Shown piece by piece: positions 54,623 to 64,000 of a DNA stretch of 64,000 bases; the first letter of the stretch is position 1, and every line of letters begins with the position of its first letter. The DNA lies in contig OZ076417.1 of NCBI GenBank assembly GCA_964187785.1, positions 25,110,001-25,174,000 of the forward strand, in the 5' to 3' direction. The stretch comes from Amphiscolops sp. MND2022. Its lineage: Eukaryota. The notes under the pieces were generated by a model, which was not told the DNA's origin, did not search any database, and worked only from the letters and a program-made list of their open reading frames with translations. A program made the position numbers and the translations under genes.

Positions 54623-57600
54623 GCATCAGGCCAAGTATCGATCGATTTCTTAGTTCGTGGTAGGATTATCAGAGCAGGCACTTATGAATTTTTCAACATC
54701 TTTTCCGACCCAGGGCACCAAGACATCAGGTTCACCATGTTCTTAGTCGCCTGGACACCATGGGATTGTTCAATTACAATGTTCCGCATTCTTGGTGGAA
54801 TGTGAGGTCTAGTTCCGTTGTATAGCAGCCCGTTCTCGACTGTGATGAAACCAGATATTTTTTTGAAAATACTCTTTACTTGAGTACCTGCTTTCCAATC
54901 GCCATCGATTACACGCCTGATAATTCGCATCGCCAATTCTTCGCGTTCACATTCACACCTCAACTCTTCGAATGGAATGAGTTTATGCTCGGCAAAATCA
55001 ACACAGAATTCATCAAGATTGGAGCTTGAGTAGTCGAAAAGATGGCACTCGTCGTGAACCTTATCGAAATTCAGTGTACGCATGGCGTCAGCATAAGAAA
55101 TTGAGGAACCTTCTTTGAATTTAATCTCATAATCAAAAGACATAAGCGAAATTGCCCATCTTGTGATTCTTGCTGATACGGTTTTTGGGAGTTCCTTGTT
55201 TGGAGCAAATGTGAATTCCAGGGGACGATGATCAGTTTCGAGGTTGAGTTTCCGGCCAAATAAAAACTGCTCCAAGCGTTTTACCACAAAAACAACCGCT
55301 AGGGCTTCACGCTCAATGTTAGAGTATCTTTGCTCAGCTTGATACAATGTCTTCGATACATAAATTACAGGGTGCCCCTCTTGAGATAAGACTCCGCCAA
55401 TAGCTTTCTAAGACGCATCAGTTGTGATCGTTACTTCCTTTTTCAGAGAATAGACCTGAACAACAGGTTTCGATGCCAGCTCAGACGTGAGTCTTTCGAA
55501 TGCACGTTGACATTTTTTGGTCCACTGGAACTCAGCCTCCGACATCTTCCTCAGATCAGATATTGGGGCACTTTTCGACGAGAAGTTTGAGATGAACCCG
55601 CCGTAGAAGTTGACCAATCCACAAAATTGTTCGACTTCCTTATTACTTTGAGAAGGATGGATTTTCCTGACTTTATTGACAAGGTGATCATCGGGCTCAA
55701 TCCCGCTTTCTGAAATTGTGAAACCGAGAAGTGATTTTCTCCATGACATTTCTAGACTTGATTTCGTTTATGGTGCACACCTTGTCTTTCAGGCGATCCT
55801 AAATTGACCTCCAACGCTTCTCACATTGACTTTTGGTACTTCCATGTACCAGTACGTCGTCCTGGAAACAGAGAGTTCCAACCAATCCTTTGAGAGTGTT
55901 CTCGATTGTTCGCTGGAACATTCCGGATGCGTTTTTCATTCCTTGAGGTAGTCTAAGTATCTTAAAGAGACCCATCGTTGTGTTGATGGCACAAATTTCC
56001 TGCGCTGCATCATCCAGCATTATTTGGTAATGAGCAGATCATAAGTCAATCTTGACGTAAAACTTTGATCCTTCCAGCTTGTGAAATAATGTTTCCATGT
56101 CGGGAAGGGGAAGTCTTCAGTCATGTTCTTATCGTTTACATGAACTTTGAAGTCTGCACAAAGCCGAAAAAGATCCGTTTTTCTTCCTTTGCCACACGAC
56201 TGGCGAAGCACTCATGACACCTCCTGGATCGACTGGGGCGATGATTCCTTGTGCCTGAACTTTCCCCAATTCATTCTTGAACTTGGCATCAGGCCAAGTA
56301 TCGATCGATTTCTTAGTTCGTGGTAGGATTATCAGAGCAGGCACTTATGAATTTTTCAACATCTTTTCCGACCCAGGGCACCAAGACATCAGGTTCACCA
56401 TGTTCTTAGTCGCCTGGACACCATGGGATTGTTCAATTACAATGTTCCGCATTCTTGGTGGAATGTGAGGTCTAGTTCCGTTGTATAGCAGCCCGTTCTC
56501 GACTGTGATGAAACCAGATATTTTTTTGAAAATACTCTTTACTTGAGTACCTGCTTTCCAATCGCCATCGATTACACGCCTGATAATTCGCATCGCCAAT
56601 TCTTCGCGTTCACATTCACACCTCAACTCTTCGAATGGAATGAGTTTATGCTCGGCAAAATCAACACAGAATTCATCAAGATTGGAGCTTGAGTAGTCGA
56701 AAAGATGGCACTCGTCGTGAACCTTATCGAAATTCAGTGTACGCATGGCGTCAGCATAAGAAATTGAGGAACCTTCTTTGAATTTAATCTCATAATCAAA
56801 AGACATAAGCGAAATTGCCCATCTTGTGATTCTTGCTGATACGGTTTTTGGGAGTTCCTTGTTTGGAGCAAATGTGAATTCCAGGGGACGATGATCAGTT
56901 TCGAGGTTGAGTTTCCGGCCAAATAAAAACTGCTCCAAGCGTTTTACCACAAAAACAACCGCTAGGGCTTCACGCTCAATGTTAGAGTATCTTTGCTCAG
57001 CTTGATACAATGTCTTCGATACATAAATTACAGGGTGCCCCTCTTGAGATAAGACTCCGCCAATAGCTTTCTAAGACGCATCAGTTGTGATCGTTACTTC
57101 CTTTTTCAGAGAATAGACCTGAACAACAGGTTTCGATGCCAGCTCAGACGTGAGTCTTTCGAATGCACGTTGACATTTTTTGGTCCACTGGAACTCAGCC
57201 TCCGACATCTTCCTCAGATCAGATATTGGGGCACTTTTCGACGAGAAGTTTGAGATGAACCCGCCGTAGAAGTTGACCAATCCACAAAATTGTTCGACTT
57301 CCTTATTACTTTGAGAAGGATGGATTTTCCTGACTTTATTGACAAGGTGATCATCGGGCTCAATCCCGCTTTCTGAAATTGTGAAACCGAGAAGTGATTT
57401 TCTCCATGACATTTCTAGACTTGATTTCGTTTATGGTGCACACCTTGTCTTTCAGGCGATCCTAAATTGACCTCCAACGCTTCTCACATTGACTTTTGGT
57501 ACTTCCATGTACCAGTACGTCGTCCTGGAAACAGAGAGTTCCAACCAATCCTTTGAGAGTGTTCTCGATTGTTCGCTGGAACATTCCGGATGCGTTTTTC

Positions 57601-57948
57601 ATTCCTTGAGGTAGTCTAAGTATCTTAAAGAGACCCATCGTTGTGTTGATGGCACAAATTTCCTGCGCTGCATCATCCAGCATTATTTGGTAATGAGCAG
57701 ATCATAAGTCAATCTTGACGTAAAACTTTGATCCTTCCAGCTTGTGAAATAATGTTTCCATGTCGGGAAGGGGAAGTCTTCAGTCATGTTCTTATCGTTT
57801 ACATGAACTTTGAAGTCTGCACAAAGCCGAAAAAGATCCGTTTTTCTTCCTTTGCCACACGACTGGCGAAGCACTCATGACACCTCCTGGATCGACTGGG
57901 GCGATGATTCCTTGTGCCTGAACTTTCCCCAATTCATTCTTGAACTTG
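54623..57948. repeat. Apparently perfect tandem duplication of 1663 bp (54623-56285 and 56286-57948) in the RT-RH region
   Basis: ORF pairs 54682/56345, 55408/57071, 55799/57462 and 56020/57683 have identical translations and a constant offset of 1663. Confidence 0.92.
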
Positions 57949-59430
57949 TCTTCCATGGCAAGATAACAGGTTTTGCGTCAGGCTTCAGTTTGATAGTGGC
58001 CTCAACTCCTTTAATTGCAGGCAAGACTTTTACATCAGACAGAGACGCGATGTGAATGTGATCAGCTCGGGTCACGTCTCTGCCGATCAATCCGGATTCT
58101 TTCTCGGACTCGATAACTGCAACTTCAACGCTTTGAATTTTCTTTTCCCATGGGACCTCACACTTTAGATGACCAAGATAAAGCATTCTGTGTCCATCAT
58201 ATGCTTCAATCCATCGGCGGCTAGTGCTCAAGGTTGGAGAGCCAATTTCCGGCCACTTTTTTGATGAGATAATGGTCACTGAAGAACCAGTGTTGTTTTG
58301 CATTCGAACGTCATGACCATTTATCTTGATGTCATGAAATTCAGCTTCGTTTCCATTGTGATGGACTTCTTTTACAGTTGCGATTTGTTCTACATAATAC
58401 ATAGTTTCCTCAGATGAGGCGGGATCTTCGAATTCTTGTTCTTCACAAGTATGGTGCACTGATGGATTTGATTTCCGATAAGTTTTCCCCTCGGTTCGCG
58501 AGGCTTTTTGTCCTTTAGCTTTGCACATTCAAGAAAACTGTCCTTGCTTCGAACAATTGTGGCACTTTTCATCCTTAGCAGGGCACCATTAAGTAGGTGA
58601 AATGACTTTCGTCCACATCGTCCACACTGCTCTGGCTTCTGACGGTGACTCAGATCTTTTTTATTATTGGGGCCACGTTTTCTGCATACGCAACTACACT
58701 TGAAGCCGACAGATGAACTGAGCTCTCAGCAAATCTCTTGGCCTTGGTTCTATATTGAATAAGCTGACGCAGTTCTTCCACAGTCAAGTTGTCGTCTGCT
58801 CTGAGTGCTTCAAGCAACTTGAGCTTTAATTCGCTGTCTCATAGTCCGGCGATGAAATGTAATCGGATCATTTCATCTTCAGGATCCGGAGAAGGTTTGA
58901 GATCGACAAACTTACAATAACGCGCTGCCTCTCGGATCCTAGCAAGATAGTCGGTTTCTGCTTCTTCTCCCCCTTGAGACATCTGAAGGAAGTCAGTACG
59001 TTCTGCAACCACAAGCCTCTCTTGTGGCTTCATGTAATTTTTGAGATCCTCACGAATGTCTATGAATTTCATGTTTTAAATGTTTCTGGGCGCGACGAGG
59101 CGACTGAGTTTTATCAACGCTTCGAGGCCGCATTGGCTCATGAAGAAATCGGTTACCTGATAATCTTTTGCTATGGCAGCGACAGCCAGGTGTCCACTAG
59201 TTCCAGGTGTTGCGTCGATGTCCCTTTCCTTTCCAACCAGCGCTCGTGCCTCGAACGCCTTGAGCCACATCAGTGCTTGATTGGGTTCCTTGAGGTTCAT
59301 TTCCGGTTTACCCATTGATTTTGGTGATGACTTGGAAGAACACGATTCGAACAATTGGATTCTTAATGGCTAAGAATTACTAACGGGGCTTTGAGTCCAA
59401 GACTCTAAAAGCTCACCTTTAGTTGTCTTC

Positions 59431-60012
59431 TCATTTTCTCTTAGCCTCTCTTCGTTGCTCGTGAGTTCTTCGCTTAGTGCCTCTTGTTTTCAAGCTCTTC
59501 CTCAGGTTCGGATAATAATGTAGGACTACACCTAGGGATCTGAGTTCGAGATAGCTGGATTGATGTAAGGCTTTGTATTTCTCGACGAGTACTTCACTGC
59601 GCTGCTCTGACTTGCTCAAAATATCTGTCGTGACTTGGATGATTGGGCAGTCCAATGTTCTCAGGTCTTCAAAGACATTCGGGGACCCTGTACGTTGACA
59701 ATAAACTATGCCGCATAAATTTGTGAGAATTCTCAACGAAGCCACGAGCTTATTTACACTTTGCGGTTGATAGTTATTACTTTTGTGGTGTGTGATAGTA
59801 TTGTTAATCAGATCGTGCCGCAGGAATATTCTCGTATTTTTCAGTTCTTCGGACGTTAGATAGTGATAAACGTCTTTTGACTTGTTCACGGACTCTGGGT
59901 TCAAGCTAAAACCGGGAACGGCGTGGACGAGTTCTCGTAGTTGTTTACGCAAACTGATTTGAAGTTCTTCAATTGAGTTGAACAAGGAACTGGCAGCAAT
60001 AATTTTAAGCAT
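59431..60012 (-). CDS. Extra 193-aa ORF upstream of gag in the Gypsy leader, function unknown
   Basis: ATG 37 nt after the 5' LTR; uninterrupted; basic C-terminus. Confidence 0.55.
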   Translation of the reverse strand: MLKIIAASSLFNSIEELQISLRKQLRELVHAVPGFSLNPESVNKSKDVYHYLTSEELKNTRIFLRHDLINNTITHHKSNNYQPQSVNKLVASLRILTNLCGIVYCQRTGSPNVFEDLRTLDCPIIQVTTDILSKSEQRSEVLVEKYKALHQSSYLELRSLGVVLHYYPNLRKSLKTRGTKRRTHEQRREAKRK

Positions 60013-60597
60013 TCTTTACCTTGAAATGTATCCTGGTCTGGACACAAATTGTCGTGTTCCTCGCAGATCAAAACGCTTTTCTATAAAAGCTAGTATTCAC
60101 AAGACGGCACATATCAAAGGGACATCGACATCTGAAATGAAACATATGTCAATTACAGCAGTATATAAAAAAAGCATAAATCACTATACACATCTCCGTT
60201 TCCGCTAGATCTTTGCTCCTGTTCGACTTCGCTTAGCAAAATGGGAACATAATTAGCTCCAAGGAGCCGCGGGGCACTAGATGAATCGGGGAAATATCAG
60301 AGGCACGTTTTATACTTAGTTCAAAATTCGAACACAGTGATTCGATTATGTTACGGTTTTTGGAAAATTCGAACTTTGTCCAATCGAAATTAAAATTCGA
60401 ACTTATGCGTTCAGAACTTATTACCGTGCCTCCGTCTCGGATATCTACAATTTTTGCTATTTATGCCGTCCGTTACCGCCGTTTCGCTTCCGTTAACTTT
60501 GTAGCTTATCTTCGTGGGAATTCCTGTTTTGCGGCCCCGCTTTTGTTTCAGTTACTTCTTTCTGCCTGTTTCGAGCTTTTGTTGGAGTTTGAGAGAG

Positions 60598-63500
60598 ATG
60601 GATCGACATTTGCAGTATCTCCAGTTCTCTAGCAAGGAAGAAGACTTCGCTGTGCGGCAGGAGCGATTCGAGGGGTTCTGTTTCACGAAGAAGCTGCTGA
60701 ACGTGCTGAATGGAACAGATACTGGCACGAACATAACTTGGGCGTACTTGGTACAGTGTCTCGACAGCCGCAGTATCTTGATGCTGACAAACGACTGCAA
60801 GGGTGACGCATGGCAACTACTGCGGGACCACTTCAACACCGAAACACCGAGGTTGATGACCCCTATTGGAGAAGTTCACAACCTTGCGATTGGAACCCAC
60901 GGAGAGCATGGTTGACTACCTGACTCGAGCGGAGTATGTGATTAAGCTGTTGCAGCTCGCTGGTTAGAAAATTTCTAAAAACATGTTAACTTCGATAGTT
61001 CTTAAGGGTTTGCTTTCCGAATATGACTATTTCAAAACTGTGCACGATTTTTTGAAAGATATGTCGTCTTTTGCGGAAGTAAAGAAAGCATTGAAAAATT
61101 CCGAAAGTTCTCGTAACCTACAAACTGCGACAGGTAGCAATGAAAATGTTGCTTTGTTATCAAAAGGTACTGTTGCGAAAAGTTCCGCGCGTATACCTGA
61201 AAAATTCACTGGGAAGTGTAGCGTTGCGGTACAAGTGGACATAAAAAAGCCACTTGGAGAGTATCCCAGTTCAACTTTTGCAGGCGTTTTGGCCATGAAG
61301 AGAATTAATATTTCAGGAAAAATCCTCTTTCGAACCCTAGGTCAGGTGCTGAGACAGAAGAGTCAAACCTATCCGATGACTTAGTTTTCTTTTGCGATGG
61401 TAGTGAGACTGCACTCACTAGCCAAAAATGCGAGGTGAAGGTGCACACTTTGGTCATCGACTCTGGTGCTTCCTCGCATATCTTCTTTGACCGTTCTCTG
61501 TTCTTCGATTTTAGCGAAGAAACACAAGGCAAAGTAAAAAAATGCGAATGTGACTTTTTCGCAAGTTGAGGGTGTTGGAAAAATTCTTTTACTTTTGGAC
61601 AAACAAGGAATCGAACGTTGTGTGACATTTTCCGACTGGCTTTTTCTTCCTATTATTCTCAAAACTCGATTAGCGTTAGCAAGTTGAGACAAAACGGGGC
61701 TCAAGTGAACTTCGTAGCCTCTCGGGGCATTTTTGTTAACCGAAGAGCAACTATTCTTTTTGAAGAGCACGCTAATCTTTTTAGTTTGAAAGGAAAAACA
61801 TTTGATCTTTTTTCTTTTTTGAGAACGAAGAAGCGGTGCTGTGGCATCATCGCTTTGGTCACAACTAATTCAAAAAAATGAAACGTTTGGCTCATCAAGT
61901 TTCGGGAATGAGCTTGAAACACAGTGCTTTTGATAAAATTTGTTGTTGTGAAGTTTGCAAAATTTTTAAGTCACGACGGCAACCAGTATTGCAAAAAATG
62001 GAGGAAAAAGATCTTCGAAACTTGATTTCGTTTTCACTGTTTTTTTGGGACCGATGCCAACTACTTAGCTTGGTGGCAATCGATACGCTATTTCTTTTAC
62101 GGATAGCTACAGCAGGTACTCAGCGCTATATTTCCTCAAATCGAAAGAAGAGTGCCTAGAAAAATTCAAAGATTTTGTGCGCAAGTGGGAACGCACAGAG
62201 CAATCCGTTCTGATAATGGGAAAGAGTACATTTCCAAGTCCTTTCGAAGTTTTAGTATATCAAACCGAATCAAAGGTGAGCATACTGCCCCTCATTCGCC
62301 TCATCAAACTTGTGTGAGTGAACGTCGCTGGCAAACAACAGTCGAAATGGCTCGCTGCATGCTGAAAACAGCCAAACTCGGCAATGAGTTTTGAGTTCGG
62401 GCCTTACACGCTGTTTTTCACATTTCAAACCGTTGCCTCACAGTTAGTTAACCAATAGGTAAAACGCCCTTCGAAATGTTCTGTGGTGAAAAACCAGATG
62501 TTTCCAATTTGAAAATTTTTGGATTTACTGCTTTCAAACACATTGAAACGCATCAAGACAATCATTCCGATAAAGCCACCATAGAAGTTTTTGTTGGTTA
62601 TTCTGAGGATTCCGAAGCATACATTTTGTACAATCTTTGCTCTAAAAAGACTTCGTTTTCTCGTAACGTCTCTTTTGATAAGACTTTTTTTCACGTTTTG
62701 TTGCGCACCCAAGTCAAAACATCCGAGCGTTTGTAAACGAAAAGCCGGCATCGAAACAAGTTTTGCCTGAAACACAGAAACATTTTTGCGAAAAGTCTTC
62801 ATTTCCTATTATACCGACTGAAACATTGAATGATTTCGAAACTGAAACAACTCCTTCCCCCGTTGATGTTGTTTCATCTGAAAACATTGAAGCCATTGAA
62901 AGTAGTGTTTTTTCGCGGTCTCGAAGTGTGAGTTCTCAAATTTTCTGCGTATCTCGACGACTACGTTCTTTCAACGGATGACAGCGATGAGAACCTAACT
63001 TATCGTGAAGCAATAAAGTCATCGCTTAAAAGCAAATGGATCGAAGCTACTCGAAAAGAGTACAATGCGCTCATTGAGATTAAGACCTGGGTGCTTTCGC
63101 CGCTTCCCCCGGGCCGAAAAGCATTAGAAGCCGATAAGTTTGCAAAATAAAGCGACACGACGACGGAACTATTGAGAAATTCAAGGCTCTTTTTGTAGCC
63201 CAAGTGTTTTCGCATGTTTTTGGGAGCAATCACAACTTTTGTTTTTCAGCTAGACGACCGTTCAGCCTTCTTCAATGCGCACGTGAGTGAAGAAAGTTAT
63301 ATAGAACAACCAGAATGCTTCGCGCAAGCGGGGACTAATGGTGGAACACTTTATTGCAAGCTTCAAAAATGTCTTTATGGTTTACAGCAAGAAGGGAGAG
63401 AATGGAATAAAACATTAACCCAGTGATTTTTGAAAAACGAATTTACAGAGTCAGCTGAGGATCATTACCTTTTTCGTTGCGATGTGACTAATGGTTCCCA

Positions 63501-64000
63501 ACTTTTTGTACTAGTTTTGGCCGACGACATTTTGTACTTTCCAAACAACAACAAAATACTGCATGATTTCAAGGCGAAACTCAGCGATGCATTCAGCATC
63601 GATGATCGTGGGAAAATGACTTGGTTTTTGGGATGCAATGTTGAACAGTCACACGGTCGCATTTCTCTTAACCAGCGGTCTTGTATGAAGGACATTTTGC
63701 GCAAAAGTCCTATGTTTGATTGTAAACCAGTTAGTACTCCAACTATACCCCGTACGAAACAGTCCAAATCGGACTGCCCCATCGAAGGTTGTGGAAAGTC
63801 ATTTGATGTTTGATATTTGCGAACAGAAACAACATCGTAGCTTAGTTGGAAACCTAATGTATTTGTCCGTTGTTAGTCGCCCCGATATTTGCTTTGCTGT
63901 CTAAAACTAAACACAATTTGTGTCAAATCCTGGTAAAGCCCATTGGTGTGCATTGAAACACCTTCTCCAATTTCTCAAGGGTACCTAGTCTCTATCTATT
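60598..64000 (+). mobile_element. Degenerate Ty1/Copia retrotransposon (gag, PR, IN, RT), continuing past the window
   Basis: VIDSGASSH (PR), IRSDNGKEY...SERRWQT (IN), KLQKCLYGL and LADDIL (RT); many stops and frameshifts; LTR not identified. Confidence 0.88.

Larger units (their letters stand above)
53585..60190 (-). mobile_element. Ty3/Gypsy (Mag-like) LTR retrotransposon, decayed
   Basis: LTRs at 53585-53737 and 60050-60190, roughly 90% similar with a ~12-bp duplication. PPT AAGGGGGATGATG. Degenerate TSD GATC/CATC. Gag with Zn knuckles, PR (NTGSSVT), RT (FQDDVL), RH (TTDAS, IEREALA), IN (SDNAKEF, NGLAER). Confidence 0.9.

Noticed and set aside
1-64000. Prokaryotic or free viral origin of the contig
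   Set aside because: In-phase spliceosomal introns in POLR1C and zDHHC, and TSDs joining the Polinton to host intron sequence, show integrated eukaryotic chromosomal DNA.

Overview
Eukaryotic (animal-type) genomic DNA with GT-AG introns, dominated by mobile DNA. The species cannot be determined from sequence alone. Three host genes lie on the minus strand: POLR1C/RPAC1 (5 exons, 346 aa) and two tandem ERF2/ZDHHC9-like palmitoyltransferase paralogs, one complete (6 exons, 331 aa) and one running off the left edge. The centrepiece is a full-length Polinton/Maverick endogenous virus at 14185-34784, with ~350-bp AGTAGT TIRs and a 6-bp TSD CCCGCA, filling a 21-kb intron of the complete zDHHC gene. 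It encodes pPolB, integrase, packaging ATPase, adenain protease, major and minor capsid proteins, a basic core-like protein and several accessory ORFs, including a divergently oriented pair resembling a PC4-like protein and an HUH-motif protein. Its polymerase gene is split by a very young intact Copia element (identical 96-bp LTRs, TSD TATAT). Other elements: an intact hAT transposon, an internally deleted Gypsy element with an env-like ORF, a decayed Mag-type Gypsy element with an intact extra ORF upstream of gag and an apparently perfect 1663-bp internal duplication, an RTE-like LINE interrupted by a MITE, a Penelope fragment, a decayed Copia, and several non-autonomous repeats. No rRNA, tRNA or CRISPR array was recognised. 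All domain calls come from motif reading, not database searches.
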